Shown here piece after piece: positions 8,539 through 17,937 of a stretch of 64,000 nucleotides of DNA. Location of the stretch: contig JBFXEV010000001.1 of the NCBI GenBank assembly GCA_050179755.1, positions 1,065,994-1,129,993 of the forward strand, given 5' to 3'. The DNA is from Candidatus Babeliales bacterium (lineage in GTDB: Bacteria; Babelota; Babeliae; Babelales; JBFXEV01). The translations under genes were made by a program, and so were the position numbers. Numbering within the stretch: position 1 is the stretch's first letter; each line of letters begins with the position of its first letter. Under the pieces are notes generated by a model. That model ran no database searches. It had not been told where the DNA came from and worked only from the letters and a program-made list of their open reading frames with translations.

Positions 8539-11500
8539 TTGAATGAGTTTTTACATCATGGAAGTGTCATCATTCCTATGTTTCGCTTAAGCTTGTCGGT
8601 ACGTTTTCAACTAATATTAAGTTTGATTTACTTAGGTCTGATTTTTTTTGTATGGCCTAGCAAGCTGTACACATATTCTGTGGATACAATAACTTTTTCA
8701 GGCTCTTCGTATCCAAATGATTCAAACACCATTAGAGATCAAAAACCGCGCATTTCGCAAGAAACTGCAAACATTCGTAGTCGTATTGAAAGCATTAATA
8801 ATCCTGATACTATCCCTTCTGGTACGTTTCCAAAAAATAACAATTATAGTGAGTATGAATTTATAGAAGAACGAGACCGAGATAGAAAAAGAGCAGAAAA
8901 AGAAAGACGTGGGCAAGCAGAAAACCAAAAACAAAAAGAAGAAAAAATTATACAGAAGGAAGTTGCAAAAAAGTTATTAGATCAATCAAATAGAATTTCA
9001 TCTTTTACACAGCAAACATCTTCCTCATCTCACTACGCTAAACAAGACAAATCACCTGACTATATAACAAAACGCGCCACGTATTTAAAAAAGTTCCATG
9101 ATGATCCTGATTATTACTACAGATCTACCGTCTATTTAAGGTATTCAAATTACCAAACAAGATCTCTTCTCGAGCAACACACGATTGATACGGATGAGTT
9201 TTATAATGAATTCTTCGGCAATCACTTGCAACATGGAATTCATGAAGAATATTTAAACATTGTCTCTCGTGTAACTAAAATTAATTTTGATAAAAACAAC
9301 TGTCAACTCAGATCATTTATTGTATTGGCTGTGCAAACTTCCCGCGATAACAATGTAAAAGGCAATTGTGTGACATCTTTAGAAATTAATGATTTTTGTC
9401 ATCATATCCTGAATCCTAATTATCATGGTTTTCTTGCAGGTCAAATTGCTCACTTACAAACAACTATTACCTATTATGAATCAAGTCATTGGAAACAAGC
9501 TCTAGGGTATCTAGCAGACGCTGCTCTAGGTGATCAAGAAATGCGCGCTTGCTTGAATGCTGCTCAAAAGTTTACTGAACAATTCAACATAATAAGGGAT
9601 TCTCAATATAATGTGCAAGTTATAGAAATTATGGAGCAATTAAGCTTCAATGAACTTTCTGATCTCACGGCGCAGCGCCAATTTGAATTGTTAGAAAAAC
9701 ATCATGAAGCGATTGCCATAAAAGCATTACGAGCGCTAAATCAACAAAATATAAAAGATTTGCCAATTTTTGGTTATGCAGTTTCTATTCTTAAATTAGA
9801 TAATCCACATAATGCATCAAATAGAAAGCTCATTGATTATTTATTATATTCTAATGATTGTCTACATCGCGTTCATGAGCTCACGAATACGCCATATAGC
9901 TCTTTTCAGCAAAAAAATCCTTTCTTCACCGATAAAGGTATTCTTAAAGAATATGCTATTATTGCAGATATTGATAATTTGCCTATTCCGCCATTAGATC
10001 ATTTAAAAAGCCCCGTATCTGCCCACGATTTATTATACACCTATTGTACAACTAATAAACTTGAGAAAAAAAAATTGGCTTATAGTGGCCTTTATCATGC
10101 AACCTATGCAACGATTCATCATCATTCTGAACGCTCAAAAGGCCATGAGTTGCTTGCCGATAAGTATTATAAAACACTCTATAGTAGTGTGTTCAGTAAA
10201 AATGAAAAACTTATTGATTGGTGTGATGATCTTGCGTGCAGTTATGAAAACGTGTATCAACAAGAGGTGCACGATGAGCTTGTTTGGCTAACTAATTATT
10301 ATATTGATACTCAAGAAAAAAGTATTAAAAAAGATGCAATCACCCTCAGATTGCTTGATGATATTGAGGATACTTTAATTACTGCCCATGGTTATAATCA
10401 AGATAATCAGTCAGAAAAAAGTCATGACCTTATTGCAAATATCGTACATAACTTTGGTATGCTGCCAAAAGAAAATCAAAAAACACCCGATCTATTTCAA
10501 TCACTCAATCTACTAGATGTTTCTAGAAATATAAGTAATAAAATACAAGCAAGAGTTGCACATATTAAAGTGCATGCATGGTTAAATGATTATAATCTTG
10601 AAGAAACACTAGAGTATGCTCGGCATGAGCTTTCAAAAATGGAAATACAGCATGGCAAATTAATATGCCAAGCCGATTCAATTCAAGAAAGACCTGATGA
10701 GGTAATTCAATCACTATGTTTAGCAGAAGTTCTTGGATTTAGCGTAAAAACTGATGCAGATACTATTGATATTGGTTGCATTCCTAAAAAAGATCTTGCA
10801 ACATTTAAAGACAATTGGCCAGAAGAAGAAGTGGTACAGAATGTATTCAACCTTTGGCCTGAAGAAGTCCCCTTGTGTTCTGCAGGGTCACAAGGTGCAG
10901 CATATGAACGATATGCTGATCGCTATGATGCCTATCAAGAAACCAAACTCACGCCGTATGTTTTTTTTGAAAGAACGTATGAAATTTCGAAAGAAGCTCA
11001 ACAATTGCTTGATAAAAATGGAATAGATAGTGATTATTTAAAAGTTGGAACATACAATCGTATACAACATCAATTACATATAGAACTCATTGATATTCTT
11101 GAACAAACAACATCTTTAGACGCTCATCAAGAAGTGTGCGATTTATTACGCTCGACAAACACTATGATGCTTGATTTTATATCAAGTGCAGCATATGAGA
11201 ATAAAAATGGCAATATTTTACGCACGTGGACTATTGCTGATTTTTGTTGGGCAACGCTAGATTGTGGTCAAGCAATTCTTGAGGGAGCTCTTGAGGGCGG
11301 TGCTAATGCATTGATCTATCCTTTCAATTGTCCTGTTGAAACAATCTTGTTTACCGTAGCAGGTAAATATATGTTGTATTATCAACTTACAAAGCTTACT
11401 TATGAACTTGGCAGTGCGGTGTACGATCATCTTTCAAAAGAACAAGAAGAAAATACATCCAGCGAAACAAAAACTGCAATACAATTACGCGATATTTTAA

Positions 11501-12462
11501 AAGCTGCATCTTCTTTCGGTGCACAATTTTTGGTAGACCATAAAATAGTAAATCCTATAGTTACGCAACGTATTAATTTAATGCAAAGTAAATTGGTCGA
11601 TAAGTTTGTATTAGAAAATACGACTCAATGGTCTAAAATGAGACCAGAGGCTATTAAAGCTCCACAGACAGCGCAAGTGCAATTGGCAAGTGGTGAAAAA
11701 ATTGAAGTAACTTTTCACAATGAAAATTTAGGGCAACGGCCGCAAGGCTTAAATTCTCCACAGAAACCGCGGAATTCATCGGGTGATAAAAAAGAATATC
11801 CAAGACCATCACCTGAAGAAATAGATCGCAATAGAGTAAATAAAAATTTAGCAGATAAAGCTCGTAAACAAAAAGCTATTGATAATGCATCTCAAAAAGT
11901 GGAAAGAACCAATCGTCAAAAAATTAATACTGCCCAAAATATTCAAGATGCACAAATTTGTATCTTACATAAATATGACGAATTAGAAAAAATTTTTTAT
12001 AAACATCTTTCACCTCATGCTGAATTTTTATATAAAAAATTTGGGATAAGGATAAAAGGAATTGATTTTTATCATCATATGGAAAGAGATTTTAATCAAA
12101 ATATAAAAGGTTATACAGGTTTTCATTCGGCACGCAATCATCCTGAGCATGTTTTTAAACTATTAGATGGTCCTAATGAGCATGGATTTGAAAATATTAT
12201 TGTTGGTAGTGCAAGAAAAATAAAAAAAGCTCCTACCAGTACGTATCCAAAAAACTGGGATGAAATTACTATCGGCCAGAGAGTTATTGAAGGGTTGCTT
12301 TCAGGAGAAGTTCATAAAAATAAGGGTGGAATCTTGGAAATACATGGAAAAGCTCAAAATTATTTACCTCATAGGGGTGTTGTTCCGTTTGATATTACAA
12401 TTTTTTTAGAACCTAGTGGAATGATAAGGTCATCATTTCCACAATTAAATTTTAGGAAATAA
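8539..12462 (+). CDS. Large secreted polymorphic toxin with C-terminal bacterial EndoU-like nuclease domain
   Basis: N-terminal hydrophobic leader. C-terminal HH...GYTGFHS...K.PTSTYPKNWD..I...GMIRSSFP resembles the EndoU_bacteria pattern (H, H, K; T.(F/Y)P..W; I.(T/S).(Y/F)P). Followed after 1 nt by an acidic ORF. Confidence 0.75.
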   Translation: MNEFLHHGSVIIPMFRLSLSVRFQLILSLIYLGLIFFVWPSKLYTYSVDTITFSGSSYPNDSNTIRDQKPRISQETANIRSRIESINNPDTIPSGTFPKNNNYSEYEFIEERDRDRKRAEKERRGQAENQKQKEEKIIQKEVAKKLLDQSNRISSFTQQTSSSSHYAKQDKSPDYITKRATYLKKFHDDPDYYYRSTVYLRYSNYQTRSLLEQHTIDTDEFYNEFFGNHLQHGIHEEYLNIVSRVTKINFDKNNCQLRSFIVLAVQTSRDNNVKGNCVTSLEINDFCHHILNPNYHGFLAGQIAHLQTTITYYESSHWKQALGYLADAALGDQEMRACLNAAQKFTEQFNIIRDSQYNVQVIEIMEQLSFNELSDLTAQRQFELLEKHHEAIAIKALRALNQQNIKDLPIFGYAVSILKLDNPHNASNRKLIDYLLYSNDCLHRVHELTNTPYSSFQQKNPFFTDKGILKEYAIIADIDNLPIPPLDHLKSPVSAHDLLYTYCTTNKLEKKKLAYSGLYHATYATIHHHSERSKGHELLADKYYKTLYSSVFSKNEKLIDWCDDLACSYENVYQQEVHDELVWLTNYYIDTQEKSIKKDAITLRLLDDIEDTLITAHGYNQDNQSEKSHDLIANIVHNFGMLPKENQKTPDLFQSLNLLDVSRNISNKIQARVAHIKVHAWLNDYNLEETLEYARHELSKMEIQHGKLICQADSIQERPDEVIQSLCLAEVLGFSVKTDADTIDIGCIPKKDLATFKDNWPEEEVVQNVFNLWPEEVPLCSAGSQGAAYERYADRYDAYQETKLTPYVFFERTYEISKEAQQLLDKNGIDSDYLKVGTYNRIQHQLHIELIDILEQTTSLDAHQEVCDLLRSTNTMMLDFISSAAYENKNGNILRTWTIADFCWATLDCGQAILEGALEGGANALIYPFNCPVETILFTVAGKYMLYYQLTKLTYELGSAVYDHLSKEQEENTSSETKTAIQLRDILKAASSFGAQFLVDHKIVNPIVTQRINLMQSKLVDKFVLENTTQWSKMRPEAIKAPQTAQVQLASGEKIEVTFHNENLGQRPQGLNSPQKPRNSSGDKKEYPRPSPEEIDRNRVNKNLADKARKQKAIDNASQKVERTNRQKINTAQNIQDAQICILHKYDELEKIFYKHLSPHAEFLYKKFGIRIKGIDFYHHMERDFNQNIKGYTGFHSARNHPEHVFKLLDGPNEHGFENIIVGSARKIKKAPTSTYPKNWDEITIGQRVIEGLLSGEVHKNKGGILEIHGKAQNYLPHRGVVPFDITIFLEPSGMIRSSFPQLNFRK

Positions 12463-12463
12463 T

Positions 12464-13264
12464 ATGAATTCATTAATATTAAAGTATAATGATGGTTTTT
12501 ATCGTTATAATGCATTCCAAATAACGAATGAATTGCTTGATTTGGCTGTGAGTCTGTTAACTACCGAAGAAATATGTACATCGGATTATTATAAAGAATT
12601 TATATACGAATTACCCTATAATACATACTCGGGTAATGCATATTATATGGAAAGAATAGATGATTATATCATTTTGGGTTGTCAATATAGCTTTGAAAGA
12701 GCATATTTGCATTTATATCAATTTGAAAATCTTATGAGTCAATGGCGAAAAGCATATGAAGATAAGCCAACTGAAATGATAATTTCAGTTGATGATAAAA
12801 ATTTTATTATCTCGTATGAAAAAGATAGTAAGAGTATAAAATTAACTTCAACATCAGAATATATAACATCAACATCGTTTTTAAGCGAATATCCTTATGC
12901 TGATAACTATGTTGAAATAGAGCCAATCTATGATGAATTACATGTGTTTGAATCTGATGATCGTAGGTTTAACGTATTTGCTTATTTACTGACAAGCAAT
13001 ATTCCTTCTTCAGATTATGTAGAAAAGTTGCAACAACCTCCTTATGAATATTATGATGATCGGTACTATTTAGCAATTGTTGAAGATAGAATTCTTATCT
13101 ATGATAAAACAATGGAAATAAAAGTATTGCCAGCCTATAATAAATTTCTTGATCTTATGAAACAATGGCCACTAGCAGTACATAAAAAACCAAAACTTAT
13201 TCGTATATATATTGAAAATGACTATGATCTTAAGATTTTTATATTGCAGCCAGTTTCTTTATAA
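12464..13264 (+). CDS. Putative immunity protein with two tandem homologous domains
   Basis: Directly downstream of the toxin; acidic, Tyr-rich, no signal; internal repeat LLT...SDY...PY...YY....D.I.....F..LM.QW.......KP. Confidence 0.7.
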   Translation: MNSLILKYNDGFYRYNAFQITNELLDLAVSLLTTEEICTSDYYKEFIYELPYNTYSGNAYYMERIDDYIILGCQYSFERAYLHLYQFENLMSQWRKAYEDKPTEMIISVDDKNFIISYEKDSKSIKLTSTSEYITSTSFLSEYPYADNYVEIEPIYDELHVFESDDRRFNVFAYLLTSNIPSSDYVEKLQQPPYEYYDDRYYLAIVEDRILIYDKTMEIKVLPAYNKFLDLMKQWPLAVHKKPKLIRIYIENDYDLKIFILQPVSL

Positions 13265-13501
13265 TAGTTTTTGCATGGCTTAAACAATTGAGTTAAATCT
13301 TAGAAAGACAAAAAGTTAATGAATAGCGGATTGAACTTTATATTATTTTTTTAACCAGGTGAAAATTTTATCTGGTAGGTTGTCGTTTGATGATCTAGTC
13401 GTTTGTATGTTCTGTGTATACGCTGTGACTGTATATAATCACATTTAATATGATAAAATAGATGTTAAGAGCATTTCTTAATTTTAATAAAGAGTAATAC
13501 A

Positions 13502-13836
13502 ATGAAAAAAACTATATGGTTGGTTGTTGTCCTGAGTGTAAATATTATTTCTCCGTAATGGGTATGATGCGTTATGTGTATTGTGCAGAAGATGATACAA
13601 CTGCTTCCTATTCAGCGATTTTATTAGCGACTGGCGTTGAAATTGTGACATGTGACAAAGAAAAAAAAGTATATCGTGCTTGTTTGACTCGTGTTGTATT
13701 ATCACAAAAACCGGGTCGATTTACATTTGAGGAACAAGACCTTGATTTTCCGCAATCAGTGTATGAGCAGTTAAAAGATAGGTATGAAGCAAATAAAACA
13801 CGTGCATTGCAGACTTTTCAAACAAATATAGATTAA
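13502..13836 (+). pseudogene. Frameshifted secreted hypothetical protein
   Basis: ATG at 13502 gives the leader MKKTIWLVVVLSVNIIS then a stop; the continuation VMGMMRYVY... is in the 13516 frame. Confidence 0.55.
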
Positions 13837-13887
13837 CAAAAACAGGAAGGCTTGAAATTGAAGAGATTGCGTGCGCATTTTCTTTTT

Positions 13888-15012
13888 TTATTGTAAAAAT
13901 TTTCTTGGTAATCGTATGCCAAACATAGTAGTAATTTCGCGTGCATTACCGTCTGGTAATGTGCTTGCCAATTCTTCAAGCGTTATTGTGTGACTGCCTT
14001 GTTTGCCAATGATAATTACTTCTTCATCATTATAAACTTCATCTTGCCCAATATCCACCATAAATTGATCCATGCAAATGCGCCCAATTATAGGGTAACG
14101 TTTGCCACGAATGATCACTTGCCCGCCATGCATAAATTGCCGATTAAAGCCGTCACCATAGCCAAGCGGCACCGTGATTACACGAGTATCTTTGGGTGCC
14201 TTCCACGTAAGGCCATAGCTCACGCCAGCACCCTCTTTGACTACTTTAAAATACACCACGCGTGAGCTGAGCGCCATAACTGCCTTTAATGCAATGCTGG
14301 TATGCATATGGGGTGCAGGTACTATGCCATACATAATGAGACCTGGCCGCACCATATCTAAATGGCTTTCTGGAAATTGTAAAATTGCGCCAGATGCTGC
14401 TATATGAAAAAGAGGTTTATTAGCAAAAATATGTGCATGGGCAACGCTTTGTTTAAAACGTTCAAGTTGTGTGCGAGCAAAAGTAAGGTCTTGTTCTTCA
14501 CCCATTGCAAAATGAGAGAAAATGCCCACAACATCGCACCATTGTGTGGTGCTTGCATACTCGATGAGTTTATGCGCATTGTAATAATGAATGCCCGTGC
14601 GCTCAATGCCGGTATCAATTTCAAGATGTATGCGTGCGCGCTTTCGTGCGTGCTTTGCATGTTGTTCAATAGATTCTAGCTTGTTTAGTGATGCTGCGTT
14701 AATATCAAGATCATACTGTAAAAAGAGTTCAATTTGCCGGTGTAAAATACCGCCAAGCACCACAATGGGCACTTTAATGTTTGCTTTTCTGAGTGCTATT
14801 CCTTCTTCAAGTAGTGCTACACCAAGCCATGAGGCTCCAATTTTTTGTAAGTGCTGAGCACATTCAATAAGGCCGTGCCCATACGCATTGCCTTTTACAA
14901 TGGGCATAACATGCGCAGAGCCTACAAACGCTTGTATGGCGTGGAAGTTATGCTCAAGAGCAGAAAGATTAATGTTAATATAGGTGGGCCGTTGTTGCAG
15001 TTCTTCATACAT
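13888..15012 (-). CDS. alr: Alanine racemase
   Basis: VKGNAYGHG PLP lysine motif, DMVRPG, VSYG, PLGYGDG, GRICMDQ. Confidence 0.97.
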   Translation of the reverse strand: MYEELQQRPTYININLSALEHNFHAIQAFVGSAHVMPIVKGNAYGHGLIECAQHLQKIGASWLGVALLEEGIALRKANIKVPIVVLGGILHRQIELFLQYDLDINAASLNKLESIEQHAKHARKRARIHLEIDTGIERTGIHYYNAHKLIEYASTTQWCDVVGIFSHFAMGEEQDLTFARTQLERFKQSVAHAHIFANKPLFHIAASGAILQFPESHLDMVRPGLIMYGIVPAPHMHTSIALKAVMALSSRVVYFKVVKEGAGVSYGLTWKAPKDTRVITVPLGYGDGFNRQFMHGGQVIIRGKRYPIIGRICMDQFMVDIGQDEVYNDEEVIIIGKQGSHTITLEELASTLPDGNAREITTMFGIRLPRKFLQ

Positions 15013-15038
15013 GGTTTATTTCTTTCCGCTCATCCCGA

Positions 15039-16094
15039 TCAAACCTTTAGTTGAGTTGAGGGACCAAAATAGTCACGCGCTCTTTCTAGCATTGCATTAA
15101 ATTCATGCATATTGGTTTGCGTATCACGAACACCTTCAATATAAGTAATTCCTAAAATTCCGGAAGCTTTTGGTGCAAAATAAATATAGGCGGGTTTGCC
15201 GTGTTGCATTACGCGTACGTGTATAATGTATGTTAATGCGGCAATGGGCTGCTCTTTAAGGCGAATCAGATGGCCTTGCACAGGAATAATGCCCGAGTCA
15301 TTGTTAAGTTGTTGTGCGCCTAGCCCGGTACAGTTAATAATAATTGATTCATCTAGTTCATCAAAGGAAGTAATAGTGCGTTCATGCAACGAAATGCCAA
15401 GCTTTTGAGCGTGTGCTTTCATCTGTTGCATCATGTGATATGTGTGAATAAAGAGCGTGTTATATTCTCTTACCGCGTGCTGTTTGCCGTTGCCAAAATC
15501 TAGAGTGGCAAGCTTGGGCAATCCCCAAAAATTAAGCCGTGAATATTTGCTTGTTAGATCTACATATTGCGGCAAGCGTTGTGCGGCAGAGGGTGCAATA
15601 AAAGGATGCTCTCCGTTGATAATGGCAGTATACTCTCGTAATGAAACTTCTTGTGCGCGTTGGTATTTATTATACACGGGCGTAAAAGCAGTGTAAGGGA
15701 AAAATAAACCGACGGCGTTTTGCGACGTGGTGTTATCAAATTGTTTGGCAACTATTGTTACGGCATAGCCTTTTTGTGCGAGCGCAATGGCGCTTAAAAG
15801 CCCCATGCAGCCTGCACCAATAACGCAAATAGGTTTACTTTTGAATGAGGGATGTTGCGTAAGTTGCGCTTCAAATTCTTCGAGCACTTGTTCTATAACG
15901 CCAAAAAGGAGTGTCCACCCCGATCCGCTGTGGCCATAATTGTGAATAATAAGTTTATCATTTTTTACTTCCCCATAGAGTTGATAACCGTTTGCATGCT
16001 TAGGGCGAATGCATGATAAAAATTCTTCAATATGATCGGCTGAAAGAATGGGGGGTGTTAAATGGATTGTTTCCATGTAAGATTCTTGTTGCAT
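15039..16094 (-). CDS. D-amino-acid oxidase family FAD oxidoreductase (circularly permuted layout)
   Basis: RP...HNYGHSGSGWT at the N-terminus precedes VIGAGCMG (Rossmann), IINCTGLGA and PVQGHL. Confidence 0.85.
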   Translation of the reverse strand: MQQESYMETIHLTPPILSADHIEEFLSCIRPKHANGYQLYGEVKNDKLIIHNYGHSGSGWTLLFGVIEQVLEEFEAQLTQHPSFKSKPICVIGAGCMGLLSAIALAQKGYAVTIVAKQFDNTTSQNAVGLFFPYTAFTPVYNKYQRAQEVSLREYTAIINGEHPFIAPSAAQRLPQYVDLTSKYSRLNFWGLPKLATLDFGNGKQHAVREYNTLFIHTYHMMQQMKAHAQKLGISLHERTITSFDELDESIIINCTGLGAQQLNNDSGIIPVQGHLIRLKEQPIAALTYIIHVRVMQHGKPAYIYFAPKASGILGITYIEGVRDTQTNMHEFNAMLERARDYFGPSTQLKV

Positions 16095-16204
16095 AAGTAA
16101 TAAAAGAATATTTGTTCAAGTATACAAAGAGTACCATGTGTCATGAAGAATGGGAATATGATATGCTAGTACTACTATATATTGGGATCTCTATAGGAAA
16201 ATTA

Positions 16205-17830
16205 ATGAGAAAATTACACATTTTTTTAATTGTTATAATTTTAAGCCTTGGTGTCTATTGGGTTTGGTTTAAGCAATCTACGTTATCTCCATATGAGCTC
16301 TATAAAAATGAAATCCCTTATACATATCGTCTTGGACTTACTTCGTTAGAGCAAGAAATAATTATAGATAAGGTATCTATAATGGGGCACATTCCTGCAT
16401 GGCTTTCTGGTACCTTGTTTCGTAATGGACCAGCCAAATTTACGCAAGGATCTAATTGGGTTTCCAATTGGTTTGATGGGCTTGCTATGATTCATGCTTT
16501 TTCCTTTCATGATGGCAAAGTTTCTTATGCCAACAAATTTTTACGCTCCGATGATTATGATTTTGTAGAGAAAACTGGAACTATGTCATATGCTGGTTTT
16601 GCACAAGATCCCTGTAAATCATATTTTAAACAATTATTTTCTTTGTTTGTGCCCGAAAAGAAGATAAAAAAAGAGTACGCATTGCCGAATGCAAATGTTA
16701 ATATTGCATGTTATGGGCATCATATGGTGGCACTCACAGAAACACCTTTACCTATTGAATTTGACCCAAAAACTTTAAAAACAATTGGCGGTTTGCTTTA
16801 CGATGATAAACTTCCAAAGCGTAGTATTCACGATACTGCTCATCCACACTACGATAAAGAACGTAAAGAACATTTAGGGTATTATTCTCAATTTGGTAGA
16901 ATTAGTACGCATAATCTTTTTCGTATACAAGATGGGTCTACTACTCGGGAAGTTCTGGCATCTATAGAAGTGCAAGAGCCTTCATACATGCATAGTTTTT
17001 TCTTGACAGAACATTATGCAATATTGACATTGCTGCCTTTGGTGGTGAATCCTCTTGATTTATTAACGAGTAAGAAGTCATTTATCAAGAACTTTAGATG
17101 GAAACCAGAGCTTGGAACCAAGCTAGTAGTCATTGATAGAATTAATAATAAGATTCAGGGGTCATATAACACGCATGCGTTTTTTGCCTTTCATACGGTA
17201 AATGCTTTTGAGCAAGGTGACTCTCTTATAATGGACATTGTTACCTATCCTGATGGTTCAGGAATTGGACAAGCAAAAATAGCCACAATTTTTGAAGGGA
17301 AGAATCCGGGAAACTTAGAACGCAATAAAGTATATACCGGAGAGCCAGACACAGATATTCTTGAGGTAGGTCAGCTAAATCGATTAACAGTGAATCTTTC
17401 GAGTGCGACTGTTGCTGTGCGTACGTTATATGATAACTTTATTGAGTTACCTCGTATTAATTATGAGCATTATAATACAAAACAATATTCCTATATCTAT
17501 GCCTATGGAAAAAAGTATGCACCATTATTTGTTGCCGATAGGCTTGTAAAGGTTAATGTGAATACGGGTAAGTCTATTGAATGGTGGCAAGAGCATTGTT
17601 ACCCCGGAGAGCCGATATTTGTAGCAGCTCCTTCGTTAAAATCGGAAGACGATGGAGTTATTCTTTCTGTTGTGCTTGATACACAAAAACAGACATCATT
17701 TTTGTTAGTGCTAGATGGTGAAACTTTTAAAGAACTGGCGCGAGCTTATGTGCCACATCATATTCCTTTTGGGATTCATGGACTCTTTATGGCTAATTCT
17801 TTCTTTTTAGGTGCGCCCAGCCGGGGTTGA
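16205..17830 (+). CDS. Carotenoid cleavage oxygenase (RPE65/CCD family) with N-terminal membrane anchor
   Basis: G.IPAWLSGTLFRNGP, WFDGLAMIH, TAHPH, YMHSF, FHTVNAFE, ELPRIN, EPIFV, EDDG, PFGIHG (four Fe-ligand His). Confidence 0.92.
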   Translation: MRKLHIFLIVIILSLGVYWVWFKQSTLSPYELYKNEIPYTYRLGLTSLEQEIIIDKVSIMGHIPAWLSGTLFRNGPAKFTQGSNWVSNWFDGLAMIHAFSFHDGKVSYANKFLRSDDYDFVEKTGTMSYAGFAQDPCKSYFKQLFSLFVPEKKIKKEYALPNANVNIACYGHHMVALTETPLPIEFDPKTLKTIGGLLYDDKLPKRSIHDTAHPHYDKERKEHLGYYSQFGRISTHNLFRIQDGSTTREVLASIEVQEPSYMHSFFLTEHYAILTLLPLVVNPLDLLTSKKSFIKNFRWKPELGTKLVVIDRINNKIQGSYNTHAFFAFHTVNAFEQGDSLIMDIVTYPDGSGIGQAKIATIFEGKNPGNLERNKVYTGEPDTDILEVGQLNRLTVNLSSATVAVRTLYDNFIELPRINYEHYNTKQYSYIYAYGKKYAPLFVADRLVKVNVNTGKSIEWWQEHCYPGEPIFVAAPSLKSEDDGVILSVVLDTQKQTSFLLVLDGETFKELARAYVPHHIPFGIHGLFMANSFFLGAPSRG

Positions 17831-17937
17831 CACGTTCAGGCGGGTTTTCTTCAATTGCCGGCATAAATTTTTTTTGTGTATTTAGATAACATTGTTAGTA
17901 TAAAGTAAAGTAACATTTCCGCGTGGCATGCCATGAA

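Larger units (their letters stand above)
8344..13895. mobile_element. Toxin-immunity islet bounded by a duplicated alr 3' end (no integrase seen)
   Basis: Flanked by the 183-bp direct repeat; visibly more AT-rich than the flanks; interrupts the alr-surE adjacency. Confidence 0.7.

Noticed and set aside
8344..13895. Prophage or ICE
   Set aside because: No integrase, transposase, phage structural or conjugation genes visible.
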